This document shows, one piece after another, positions 30,978 to 40,651 of a DNA stretch of 64,000 nt. Made by a program: the position numbers and the translations under genes. How positions within the stretch are numbered: position 1 is the stretch's first letter; the number at the start of each line of letters is the position of its first letter. Source of the DNA: Alphaproteobacteria bacterium (lineage in GTDB: Bacteria; Pseudomonadota; Alphaproteobacteria; SP197); NCBI GenBank assembly GCA_964291415.2, contig OZ219918.1:1120001-1184000 (forward strand). The letters run 5' to 3'. The notes beneath the pieces are model-generated. The model was not told the DNA's origin and searched no databases. It saw only the letters and a program-made list of their open reading frames with translations.

Positions 30978-32000
30978 ATGCTGCACAACGTGTCGAATCC
31001 CGACCTCCACCTTCTCCGTGTGTTCATGGCTGTGGTCGAGGCGGGCGGTTTCTCGGCAGCTCAAATCAACCTGAACGTTGCGCAATCGACAATCAGCACT
31101 CAGATGACCGATCTGGAAACCCGTCTCGGAATGCGTCTGTGCAATCGCGGACGGACGGGGTTCTCCCTGACCGACGATGGCCGCGCCGTCTACGAAGCAG
31201 CCCAGGAGTTGTTCCGTTCGATGAGCAACTTCAGGACAAGGGTGAACGATCGACGAGGTGGATTGGCAGGCACTCTGCGTGTTGCGTTCGCCGATGCGCT
31301 GCTGAGCAATCCCGACTTCAGGCTTGATGACGCGATCCTGCACTTCATTGCGGATGCTCCGGACGTCGAGTTCGAACTGAAGACCGCCAACCCGCTGGAC
31401 ATCGAGCACGGCGTGCTGGACGGGAGATTTCATGCCGGCGTCCACACGTTTCCGAATCACGCGCCTGGACTGACCTATACCAAGCTCTTCGCGGAACGCC
31501 AGACGCTCTACTGCGGAGAGAGACATCCGCTCTTCGGCGTTCCCGAGTCGGAGCAGAAGCCAGAGGAAATCGAGCGGCTCCCGTTCGTCAGGCGGACCTA
31601 CTACGGGGGAACGCTTCAGACGGGAGCGTTCCGACCCAAGAGAGTCGTCGCCAATGCCGATTCCATGGAGGCGCTGGCATTGCTGGTTCTCTCCGGAGAA
31701 ATGATTGGCCATCTGCCGGCAGAATGGGTCAGGAACAGTTGCATACACGCCAAGCTTCAGGCTCTTGTCGAGGACAGGTTCTCATACGATTCCAACTTCG
31801 AGATCGTCGTCAAGACCGGCGCTCAGCACACCAAGCTGGTGCGGACGTTCCTTCGCGAGGTGTTCTCGCTCTATGGCATCAGCAGTATGGGCATCAAACC
31901 GAAGCGCCGACATCCGGCCCCATCTATTCGCTCCAGTCGGAGCCATTGCACCGCAAGCGGCAAGCCTGTCGCTGCAAATGCGACGTGGTCGGGCAAGTGA
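30978..32000 (+). CDS. LysR family transcriptional regulator
   Basis: N-terminal HTH (GFSAAQINLNVAQSTISTQMTDLE); divergent from the ureohydrolase; C-terminal tail is longer than usual. Confidence 0.92.
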   Translation: MLHNVSNPDLHLLRVFMAVVEAGGFSAAQINLNVAQSTISTQMTDLETRLGMRLCNRGRTGFSLTDDGRAVYEAAQELFRSMSNFRTRVNDRRGGLAGTLRVAFADALLSNPDFRLDDAILHFIADAPDVEFELKTANPLDIEHGVLDGRFHAGVHTFPNHAPGLTYTKLFAERQTLYCGERHPLFGVPESEQKPEEIERLPFVRRTYYGGTLQTGAFRPKRVVANADSMEALALLVLSGEMIGHLPAEWVRNSCIHAKLQALVEDRFSYDSNFEIVVKTGAQHTKLVRTFLREVFSLYGISSMGIKPKRRHPAPSIRSSRSHCTASGKPVAANATWSGK

Positions 32001-32041
32001 CGTATTTCATATCGATAGGCATCGATATGAAATACGTCACT
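31996..32041. repeat. Perfect inverted repeat with 21-bp arms and a 4-nt loop
   Basis: AGTGACGTATTTCATATCGAT-AGGC-ATCGATATGAAATACGTCACT read directly. Confidence 0.95.
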
Positions 32042-32237
32042 CTCGTATTCTTGCAGGTTGCTCCATGCGACACCGTCATGAGTTCATGGGGCTGAAGCAC
32101 ATGGAGAGAGGTTGAGAAACCTCGGGCGGCCAACCTGATTGGGCGACAAGCCGAACGCCAGGTTGGCCCTTGCAGCTTGTCTGCCGGTGCGATCCCTGTG
32201 CGCCGTCATGGGCATGTGTCAATTCAGGAGAGCCAAC

Positions 32238-33299
32238 ATGAGCAACAAGTCAGCCAAGCCCTTTCTTCAGAGGTCGGGCCTTTCCCTGTCGCGGGTCGCT
32301 GCAACCGGTTTGACGTTTTCTTCGATTGTCCTCGCCGGTCTGATTGGATCGGTCCAGCCTTCGACAGCGGACAACGTGGTGCGTTGCGCCTATCCGTTCT
32401 GGTTCGGCTTCGCGCCGGCGCCGGTTGCCAACGAAATGGGTTACTTCGCCGAGGAGGGCATCGAATTCGAGGCCGTCTTCGACAACGATCGCGCCAATGT
32501 CCTTCCGGGCCTCGAGTCCGGTGACATCAACTGCACCATGCGTACGATGGGCGAACATATCTCTCGCCCCATGAGCGCCGATTCGAACTTGGTCGTCATT
32601 GGATTGGTCGACATCTCGGTCGGAGCCGACGGCGTCGTCGGCGCCCCCGGGATCGACTCGGTCGAGGACCTCGTGGGCAAGACCTTCGCGGGCGAGATCA
32701 ACCATCCCGGAACCGTGATGACGGCGCACGCCCTGAAGCAGGCGGGATACAGCCTTGACGACGTCAACCTGCGTCTGATCGCAACCGACGACAGCCCGGC
32801 CGTTTTCGAGGACCCCGAAGTCGCGGCCGTCGCGTCCTGGGAGCCGATGTTGAGCGAGATCGTGGCGAACACGTCGCGCGAAGGATCGAAGATCCTGCTG
32901 TCCTCCAAGGACTTCAACGGCCTGATCACCGATGTGGTCATTGTCAACCGCGACGATTACGAGGCCAACAAGGAGAAGTACGCAGCCTTCATGCGCGGCA
33001 TCTACAGGGCCGTCGATCTCTTCAACTCGGATCCCGACAAGTTCCTGGAACTGGCTGCGCCCGGTTACGACGTGACACCGGAACAGATGGCTGTTGACCT
33101 CGCGGGCGTGTACTACACGTCCTACGAGGATGCCGTCGAGTACTTTGGAACGGACGGTTCGGAACCGAGGCTCAAGCAGATCACCGAAGACCTGACGGCG
33201 ATCAATCTCGATCTGGATCTCATGGACGAGGCCATCCCGTACGAGTTTCTGGTTGACGCGTCCACGACGAAAGACCTGTTCGAAGGTCACACTCGCTGA
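32238..33299 (+). CDS. ABC transporter substrate-binding protein (NitT/TauT family)
   Basis: Signal peptide; WFGFAP, GYFAEEG, DISVGADG, WEP and ITDV; AGGAG RBS. Confidence 0.88.
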   Translation: MSNKSAKPFLQRSGLSLSRVAATGLTFSSIVLAGLIGSVQPSTADNVVRCAYPFWFGFAPAPVANEMGYFAEEGIEFEAVFDNDRANVLPGLESGDINCTMRTMGEHISRPMSADSNLVVIGLVDISVGADGVVGAPGIDSVEDLVGKTFAGEINHPGTVMTAHALKQAGYSLDDVNLRLIATDDSPAVFEDPEVAAVASWEPMLSEIVANTSREGSKILLSSKDFNGLITDVVIVNRDDYEANKEKYAAFMRGIYRAVDLFNSDPDKFLELAAPGYDVTPEQMAVDLAGVYYTSYEDAVEYFGTDGSEPRLKQITEDLTAINLDLDLMDEAIPYEFLVDASTTKDLFEGHTR

Positions 33300-33320
33300 T
33301 CGAATTGCCTGACGACGTTT

Positions 33321-33369
33321 GTGTCCGGGTTTGTGCGCGTTCTCCAACCGCCATTGCAGACCCGGACAC
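33321..33369 (+). terminator. Stem-loop after the SBP gene (mRNA stabiliser or attenuator)
   Basis: GTGTCCGGGT...ACCCGGACAC 10-bp arms; no clear U-tract. Confidence 0.45.
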
Positions 33370-33494
33370 GCCGTCTTTCCGTGCAGGCGGCATGTTGCGC
33401 CTTGTGGAATCCCGGTACCACAGGCTGATGTCGCGCGGCGGCGGTGCGATTCGCCAAGGCTCCGTGGTATGAAGGACTCGAGGGCGGCGGATCA

Positions 33495-34337
33495 ATGGCG
33501 AAGACTGACATAACGGGCTCAGCGGGCCGGGGACGGGCGAGCGGCCCCGGGCAGGCGTTGGGGGCGCTCGTCGCCTATCGCGGCGCGACCGGCGGCCGTG
33601 CGAACCTGACGTTGGGAATCGCCGCGTTCATTCTGTTCATCGCAGTCTGGTACCTCATCGTGTTCACGGGGCTCGTGACGGAGCGGTTTCTTCCGTATCC
33701 GGGCGTCGTCATCGGGACCATGGCGCAGCTTCTGGTGACGGAGAGTTTCCTGAACGACGTCTGGATCTCCGTCGCCCGCGTCTGGGGCGCGTTTCTTCTC
33801 TCGGTCGTCGCCGCCGTACCGATCGGGATCTGGATGAGCAGCTACAGAATCGTCGGTGCATTGGTCGAGCCGATCGTCGACTTCATTCGATACCTGCCGG
33901 TTCCCGCCCTCGTGCCGCTTCTCATCATCTGGTTTGGCATCGGCGAGGCATCCAAGGTGGCGGTGCTCTGGATGGGAACGTTCTTCCAGCTGGTCCTGCT
34001 GATCGCCGATGACGCGAAACGCATTCCGCGGGAGTTCGTCGAGACGGGCTACACGCTGGGTGCCAAGCCCCGCCAGATTACGCGCAGCATCGTCCTTCCG
34101 TCGATGCTGCCCACCATGGTGGACAATCTCAGGATCACGCTCGGCTGGTGCTGGACGTGGATCATCGTTGCCGAGATCGTTGCCGCCAACAGCGGGATCG
34201 GCCACTACATCTGGTCGATGAGGCGCTTCCTGAAGACGCCGGAAGTCATGGCCGGGATTCTGGTGGTCGGCATCATCGGACTGCTCACCGACCAGGCCGT
34301 CCGCATGGCCCATCGGCGGTTGTTCAGGTATCTGTGA
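33495..34337 (+). CDS. ABC transporter permease (NitT/TauT family)
   Basis: RYLPVPALVPLLIIWFGIGE, EAA-like ETGYTLGA and IVAEIVAANSGIG. Confidence 0.92.
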   Translation: MAKTDITGSAGRGRASGPGQALGALVAYRGATGGRANLTLGIAAFILFIAVWYLIVFTGLVTERFLPYPGVVIGTMAQLLVTESFLNDVWISVARVWGAFLLSVVAAVPIGIWMSSYRIVGALVEPIVDFIRYLPVPALVPLLIIWFGIGEASKVAVLWMGTFFQLVLLIADDAKRIPREFVETGYTLGAKPRQITRSIVLPSMLPTMVDNLRITLGWCWTWIIVAEIVAANSGIGHYIWSMRRFLKTPEVMAGILVVGIIGLLTDQAVRMAHRRLFRYL

Positions 34338-34345
34338 GGCCGGCC

Positions 34346-35152
34346 ATGACCGCGAACCAGCCCCGGGCCTTCGTCCAGATCCAAAACGTCTTCAAGGAAT
34401 TCGAGACCGAAGGCAAGGGTGCCGCGCCAATTCCCGTGATCGACGGCGTGTCGATGGAGATCCGGGAGGGAGAGTTCGTCGTCTATCTCGGTCCGTCCGG
34501 GTGCGGGAAGACCACCCTGATGCGCATCGTCGGAGGCCTCGAGACCGCGACAACGGGCGACGTGCTCCTGGGCGGCGAGAGGGTCATCGGGCCGGACCGG
34601 CGAAAGGGAATGGTCTTCCAGGCCTACACGTCGTTTCCGTGGCTCACGGTTCTCCAGAACATCAAGTTCGGGACCAAGTATCGCGACGACATCGGTGAGC
34701 CGGAACGCAATGAGATCGCGAATCACTACCTGCAGCTCGTCGGACTCGGGGACTTCGCCGACTTCTACGTCAACCGGATCTCCGGCGGCATGCGGCAACG
34801 GGTCGCCATCGCGCGGACGCTCGCGGCGGCTCCGGACATCCTGCTGATGGACGAGCCGTTCGGCGCCCTCGACGCGCAGACTCGGGATTTCCTTCAAGAG
34901 CAGCTCCTGGAGATATGCCGCGCGGAACGAAAGGCGGTGATCTTCGTCACACACGATGTCGAAGAGGCGGTCTTCCTTGCGGATCGCGTGTTCATGTTTT
35001 CCGCAAGGCCGGCCCGGGTGATCGAGGAGATCGATGTCAATGGGGTCATCGGTGCCGAACGAACGGCGGACACGAAGGAAACAGATGCCTTCTTTCGTCT
35101 GAGGAATCACGTCCGCGACTTGATGCGGGACCAGGCCAGGGCGATTGCATGA
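34346..35152 (+). CDS. ABC transporter ATP-binding protein
   Basis: GPSGCGKT, ISGGMRQR, MDEPFGALD and VTHD. Confidence 0.95.
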   Translation: MTANQPRAFVQIQNVFKEFETEGKGAAPIPVIDGVSMEIREGEFVVYLGPSGCGKTTLMRIVGGLETATTGDVLLGGERVIGPDRRKGMVFQAYTSFPWLTVLQNIKFGTKYRDDIGEPERNEIANHYLQLVGLGDFADFYVNRISGGMRQRVAIARTLAAAPDILLMDEPFGALDAQTRDFLQEQLLEICRAERKAVIFVTHDVEEAVFLADRVFMFSARPARVIEEIDVNGVIGAERTADTKETDAFFRLRNHVRDLMRDQARAIA

Positions 35153-35955
35153 CGATGCCACGGCCCGGCGAGCCCGGTACGGCGAGCTTCGATTTCTCCG
35201 GCCGCCGCGTTCTCGTCACGGGCGCAAGCCGGGGCATCGGGTTGGGCGTGGCGGAAGGGTTCGTTGCCGCCGGAGCCGACGTCACCATCCTGGCCATTGA
35301 CGACGAAGTCGAGGAAACGGCGAGGATGCTCGCCGGTCTTCATGGCCGGGAGGTCGGCGCGATTGTGTGCGACATCGCAAGTCAGGACGAGGTCCGTGCC
35401 GCACTGGCACCGTTCGAATGGATCGACGTCCTCGTCAACAATGCGGGGTTGGAGCTTGTGACGCCGATGACCGACTGCTCCGAGGAGACGGTCTCGGCCT
35501 TCGAGAGGATCGTCGAGGTCAATGTTCTGGGGACGTACCACGTAACTCGATCGGTGCTCCCCAAGATGGGGCCTGGAGGGCGAATCATCATCACCTCATC
35601 CATGTGGGGAAAGACGGCGGTTGCCGAATTCAGCGCCTATAGTTCGTCCAAGCATGCGAACATCGGATTCATGCGCAGTCTCGCCAGGGAACTCGGACCG
35701 CGCGGAATCAGCGTGAACGCTGTGTGTCCCGGCTGGGTTCGCACCGCGGCGGCGATGCGCTCTCTCTCGGTCATGGCAAGACGCCAGGGAAGGGAGGAAG
35801 GCGAACTCCTTCAGGAGATCGTTGATGCACAGGCTGTCGAGGGGTTGATGGAGCCCGAAGACATGGCCATGACCTACCTCTTTCTCGCTTCCGATGCGGC
35901 GAGGAACATCACGGGACAGGCCATCAGCGTGGATCGCGGAGATTTCATCGGATGA
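35149..35955 (+). CDS. SDR family oxidoreductase
   Basis: TGASRGIG, NNAG, YSSSK; ATGA overlap. Confidence 0.92.
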   Translation: MTMPRPGEPGTASFDFSGRRVLVTGASRGIGLGVAEGFVAAGADVTILAIDDEVEETARMLAGLHGREVGAIVCDIASQDEVRAALAPFEWIDVLVNNAGLELVTPMTDCSEETVSAFERIVEVNVLGTYHVTRSVLPKMGPGGRIIITSSMWGKTAVAEFSAYSSSKHANIGFMRSLARELGPRGISVNAVCPGWVRTAAAMRSLSVMARRQGREEGELLQEIVDAQAVEGLMEPEDMAMTYLFLASDAARNITGQAISVDRGDFIG

Positions 35956-36698
35956 GTGCAGTCCTTGGCGGAAAAGTGGCGTTCGTCACCGGGGTCTCGA
36001 GCGGCATCGGCGCCGCTGCCGCCCACGCCCTGGCCGACGCCGGCGCCCGCGTCTTCGGCTGCGACCTCAAGCCGTCGGAGGGGACGTGTGATGCCGTGCG
36101 TGCTCGTGGTGGCGACATGGTGGGATACCGGGGCGACGTCAGCGTCGAGGACGACGTGGTGAGGGCGATCGGGGCGTGTCTCGATGCCTTCGGCGCACCG
36201 GACATTGCGGTGAACTGCGCCGGTACGGCACACGAGTGTCCGACGCTGGATGAATCCGTGGAAGACTTCGATCGCGTCGTCGCGGTCAACCTGAGGGGAA
36301 CGTTTCTGTCCGGGCGGGAAGCGATTCGCCAGATGCTGTCGCATGGCAAGGGCGGCCGGGTCGTGAACATCGCATCCGATCTGGGCTATCTGGGGCGGGC
36401 CGGATACGGGAGCTACTGCGCTTCCAAGGGGGCTGTTCTGAGCCTGACCCGCTCCTGGGCCAGGGAGTTCGCGCCGCACATCCTGGTCAACTGCGTGGCG
36501 CCAGGTCCGATCGATACGCCGATGCTCGGACCGGAGTTCATGTCGCCGGAAGTCCGGGCAAGCGAAACCGCAATCCCTCTCGCCCGGATCGGTTCGGTCG
36601 AGGAGGTCGCTGCGGCGATCGTGTTCCTGAGCGGGCCCGGCGCCACATTCATGACCGGCCAGACGATCGGCCCGAACGGCGGTTCGGTCATGCCCTAG
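35952..36698 (+). CDS. SDR family oxidoreductase
   Basis: TGVSSGIG, NCAG, YCASK; ATGA overlap. Confidence 0.92.
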   Translation: MSAVLGGKVAFVTGVSSGIGAAAAHALADAGARVFGCDLKPSEGTCDAVRARGGDMVGYRGDVSVEDDVVRAIGACLDAFGAPDIAVNCAGTAHECPTLDESVEDFDRVVAVNLRGTFLSGREAIRQMLSHGKGGRVVNIASDLGYLGRAGYGSYCASKGAVLSLTRSWAREFAPHILVNCVAPGPIDTPMLGPEFMSPEVRASETAIPLARIGSVEEVAAAIVFLSGPGATFMTGQTIGPNGGSVMP

Positions 36699-37014
36699 GG
36701 GCTGTGGATGCAGAACGTCCAGTGTTGGAGAGGACGTTTTCTTCGAATGACCCCGAGCCACCGGCGAACAGCTTCCTCTGGAGCGTCGAGGACAGCGTAG
36801 TGATATGTGAAGGCTCGGCGGAACGCCTGTCGCGTTGCCAGTAGCGACACCCACACAGTGTCTTCAAACGTCGAAACATTCAGAGCGTTAGCCCTGAGTG
36901 CGGCTGGAACGTCGGGTTCGTCCTGGAATCCTGCCCACGGACTCTGCTCGTCCTTTGGACTGAGTGTTGCACATGGGCGAGTATCGAAACCGGACCAGTC
37001 GGTGGGAGCCGATC

Positions 37015-37836
37015 ATGAGCAGGAACCTGGTTGTTGTTGCGACCATCAGTGTGTTGGCGTTGGCGGGTTGCCGGTCCATGGGAGTCATCGAGTCGGACGC
37101 TGGTCAGCATTACACCGCTGGTGACGCGAAGATCCGGTTCACCATGAGGTCACCATCAGGCGAGGGACCCTATCCCGCGGCGATCCTGATGCACGGCTGC
37201 AGTGGCCTTGGCGGCGCCGTGGGACGGGGCATGGCGCTCCATGCCGACCACCTGGTCGACGCAGGCTTCCACGCATTGATCCTGGACAGCTTCACGTCGC
37301 GCGGGATCAATTCGACCTGTACGTCGTTGAGCAGGGCAGCCGAATCATCGCTGTTTCGTCAGTACGACGCGGTTCATGCCTTGCGGCACCTGCAGGGCTT
37401 GCCCGACGTCGATCCGGAGAATGTGTTCCTGATGGGTCAGAGCGAGGGCGGAGGAGTCGCGGCCAAGCTTGCCGCCCACCCCCTGTCCTCGATCGTCAAG
37501 GGTGACTCGCTCGTCGATGCTTCAGGACAGCCCTGGTTTGCGGCGATCGTTGCGTACTACCCGTGGTGTCCGCATGTTCCGATCTGGCTCGACACGCCCC
37601 TGCTCGTACTCTCCGGTGAAGAGGACGACTGGACACCGTCACTGGGCTGCTTCTGGCACAAGGCGGTGGTGAAGGGGGCACCGTACGACGTCAAGATCTA
37701 CGAGGATGCCCATCACAGTTTCGATCTGCCGATGCCGGTGCAGCGCTACGTCGGTTACACCGTCGGAGGGCATCCGGCGGCCGCGGCCGATTCGCGGACC
37801 AGGATGATCGCCTGGTTTCGCGAACACATGCGATAG
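37015..37836 (+). CDS. Dienelactone hydrolase family lipoprotein
   Basis: Lipobox LAGC; HGCSG, GQSEGG nucleophile elbow, GEEDDW and HSFD. Confidence 0.85.
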   Translation: MSRNLVVVATISVLALAGCRSMGVIESDAGQHYTAGDAKIRFTMRSPSGEGPYPAAILMHGCSGLGGAVGRGMALHADHLVDAGFHALILDSFTSRGINSTCTSLSRAAESSLFRQYDAVHALRHLQGLPDVDPENVFLMGQSEGGGVAAKLAAHPLSSIVKGDSLVDASGQPWFAAIVAYYPWCPHVPIWLDTPLLVLSGEEDDWTPSLGCFWHKAVVKGAPYDVKIYEDAHHSFDLPMPVQRYVGYTVGGHPAAAADSRTRMIAWFREHMR

Positions 37837-37969
37837 ATCAGCGTCACAGGACATTCCGGCATTGGCCACGCTCCATCGGGAACGGAGAGCCCGGCAAGTT
37901 GTCGGTGACCATGGGATCCGTTCTTCCGCGCGCTCTTCCTTCCGAAATCGGGAAAAGGGGCGCCATGTG

Positions 37970-38743
37970 TCACCGGAAGAGTGTCTCTTGAAGGCGTCTG
38001 GCGCCCTCGTGGAGTATGTCGACCCGCGCGACCGCGGCCTCAAGAGACAGTCTCTGAACAGGACCGTGAATGGCGATGGCTGCCGTCCAGACGTTGTCAG
38101 GACTGAAGACCGGCACGGCGACGGCATTCATGCCTTCAATGAATTCTTCACGATCAAGAGCATAGTTGTTCCGGCGAATTTCCCTGACATCAGCAAGAAG
38201 CGATGACGGTTCGACACGGGTGTTCGCCGTCAGTCGGGTGAGTGTGAGAGCGTCGACGAAGGCCCTGCACTCCGGTTCCGGAAGGCTGGCCATGAACATC
38301 TTGCCGCTGGCGGTGCAGTGGAAGGGTACGTCGGTGCCGACCGGCAGCTGGATGCGGAGCGGCCAGTCAGCCTCAACGCGGTCGAGATACCGCATGCCCT
38401 GCTCTTCGGCGACGACGAAGTTGACCGTCTCGCGGACCTCCGCGGCGATCCCCTGGAGTACCTGGTGACGTGCGATGTGGGCGCTGGATGCGTGCAGAAG
38501 GCCTGAACTGAGAGAGCGCAAACGCCGACCTGGCCGGAGTCTCCCGCTGCTGCGGTCACGAACCACGTAGCCTTCGGCTTCCAGCGTCTTGCACAACCTG
38601 TGGACGGTCGCCTTCGGCAGGTCGATCTCACGGTTGATTTCGGCCGGTGTCAGCGCTTCGTCGCTCCGTCCGATGATCTCGATGATCCTCAGCATTCGGA
38701 GATTGGTCGGAATGCGTTGCCCGTGTGCATCGGCGTTTGTCAA
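37970..38743 (-). CDS. IclR family transcriptional regulator
   Basis: LPKATVHRL HTH, PFHCTASGK and DREEFIEG. Confidence 0.93.
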   Translation of the reverse strand: MTNADAHGQRIPTNLRMLRIIEIIGRSDEALTPAEINREIDLPKATVHRLCKTLEAEGYVVRDRSSGRLRPGRRLRSLSSGLLHASSAHIARHQVLQGIAAEVRETVNFVVAEEQGMRYLDRVEADWPLRIQLPVGTDVPFHCTASGKMFMASLPEPECRAFVDALTLTRLTANTRVEPSSLLADVREIRRNNYALDREEFIEGMNAVAVPVFSPDNVWTAAIAIHGPVQRLSLEAAVARVDILHEGARRLQETLFR

Positions 38744-38808
38744 GGATCCGACTCTCCGCGATCGCCGCTTGTGCTATCGAACAATGTCATTGTGCTAATG
38801 CCCCAGAA

Positions 38809-38829
38809 ATTGATACGATTGGTCTCAAT
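38809..38829. promoter_or_regulatory. Candidate IclR operator (imperfect palindrome)
   Basis: ATTGATAC-GATTG-GTCTCAAT (7 of 8 symmetric) in the AT-rich divergent promoter between iclR and the GMC gene. Confidence 0.5.
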
Positions 38830-38837
38830 AATCAAGT

Positions 38838-40451
38838 ATGGCAAGCATGGAGTTCGACTTCGTCATCGTTGGAGCCGGTTCCGCCGGTTGCGTCCTTGCC
38901 AACCGCCTCACTGCGGATGGCCGCTACCGTGTTGCTCTCATCGAGGCAGGCGGACGCGACAGCAGTCCGTGGATTCACATCCCGGTGGGCTACTTCAAGA
39001 CCATGGACAATCCCCGGACCGACTGGCGCTACCGCACGGCTCCCGATCATGGTCTCAACGGCCGATCGATTCCATGGCCACGCGGAAAGGTGCTCGGAGG
39101 ATCGAGTTCGATCAACGGTCTTCTCTACGTTCGCGGTCAGGCCGAGGACTACAACCATTGGCGCCAGCTTGGAAACGAGGGCTGGTCCTGGGACGATGTC
39201 CTGCCGTACTTCCGGCGCGCCGAAAGCTGGCAGGGCCCGCGGCTCGGCACCGATGATACCCGTGGCAGAAAGGGCCCGCTCGTGGTCTCTCCTTCGGGAG
39301 TGAGGCGCGAAATTGTCGATTTGTGGATGGAGGCCGCGGTCGCGGCCGGCTATTGCCGCAATCCCGACTACAATGATGGTGATCAGGAAGGCGTCGGCTA
39401 CGTGCAGCAGACGGTCGTGAGGGGACGCCGGTGCAGTACTGCCGTTGCCTACCTGCGTCCCGCCAGGAAGCGGCGGAACCTCGAGATCTTCGTCAAGACG
39501 CTTGTAGAGCGCCTGGTGTTCGTTGATGGCCGCGTGTCTGGCCTGAAGGTGGTGTCGGGAGACAGAAGGCTCGACATCACAGTGCGTCGCGAAGTGGTCC
39601 TGTGCGCCGGTGCGATCGGCTCGCCCCAGATCCTGATGCTCTCGGGCGTCGGCGAGGGCGAAGAGCTTCAACGCCACGGAATTGGCGTCAGGCGCGAACT
39701 CGCCGGTGTTGGCAGGAACCTCCAGGATCACCTGCAGGCGCGCCCCGTGTTTCGGACCGATCTGTCGACGGTCAACGTCGAGACCGACAACATCTTCAGG
39801 CAGGCCAGGATCGCCTTGAGATATCTGCTGAAGCGGGACGGTCCGATGTCGATGGCCGCCAGTCTTGGAACCGGTTTCCTCAAGACATGCTCCGGCCTGG
39901 CCACACCCGATATCCAGTTTCATATCCAGCCATTCAGCGCCGACAGCCTGACCGAAGGAACGCACCGGTTCTCTGCCTTTACGTCATCGGTCACCCAACT
40001 GCGTCCCGAGAGCCGGGGAGAGATTCGCCTCAGCACGCCAAACATACATGATCATCCGGAGATTCATCCCAACTACCTCGCGACCGACAACGACTGTCGG
40101 ACCATCGTCGAGGGCATCCGGATTGCCAGACGGATCAGTCGCTGCGAGCCGCTGAAGTCCCGGATTACCGGAGAACATGCCCCGGGCGACGATGTTCCGC
40201 TCGATGATGATGAGGCCATACTCGAGTGGGCGCGCAACACGTCAACGACGATCTATCATCCGTCGGGAACCTGCAAGATGGGCCGCGACCCCATGGCGGT
40301 GGTCAACCCGCGCCTCAATGTGCACGGCGTCGAAGGACTTCGGGTGGCCGACGCATCGATCATGCCGACCCTGGTCTCAGGCAACACGAATGCACCTGCT
40401 GTCATGATCGGCGAGAAGGCATCCGCCATGATTCTCGAGGATGCAAGTTGA
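38838..40451 (+). CDS. GMC oxidoreductase (choline dehydrogenase-like)
   Basis: GAGSAG, PRGKVLGGSSSING, GRNLQDH, YHPSGTC and GNTNAP. Confidence 0.93.
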   Translation: MASMEFDFVIVGAGSAGCVLANRLTADGRYRVALIEAGGRDSSPWIHIPVGYFKTMDNPRTDWRYRTAPDHGLNGRSIPWPRGKVLGGSSSINGLLYVRGQAEDYNHWRQLGNEGWSWDDVLPYFRRAESWQGPRLGTDDTRGRKGPLVVSPSGVRREIVDLWMEAAVAAGYCRNPDYNDGDQEGVGYVQQTVVRGRRCSTAVAYLRPARKRRNLEIFVKTLVERLVFVDGRVSGLKVVSGDRRLDITVRREVVLCAGAIGSPQILMLSGVGEGEELQRHGIGVRRELAGVGRNLQDHLQARPVFRTDLSTVNVETDNIFRQARIALRYLLKRDGPMSMAASLGTGFLKTCSGLATPDIQFHIQPFSADSLTEGTHRFSAFTSSVTQLRPESRGEIRLSTPNIHDHPEIHPNYLATDNDCRTIVEGIRIARRISRCEPLKSRITGEHAPGDDVPLDDDEAILEWARNTSTTIYHPSGTCKMGRDPMAVVNPRLNVHGVEGLRVADASIMPTLVSGNTNAPAVMIGEKASAMILEDAS

Positions 40452-40651
40452 TGAACGGCCACGTCAGCCCCGCACCGCTTGCCTTCGGCTCGTCGCGATG
40501 CGGGCCTGACCGCGCTGACAGAACACCGGCCGGAGACGTTACTGGCGAACTTGCCGGAAACGACTCCGGGCGACTGTATGCACCGGCTCCTTCGCCTTCG
40601 CAGCCGGCGCAAGACGCAAGAAGAAGGCACCAACTATTGGGGAGCAGTTGA

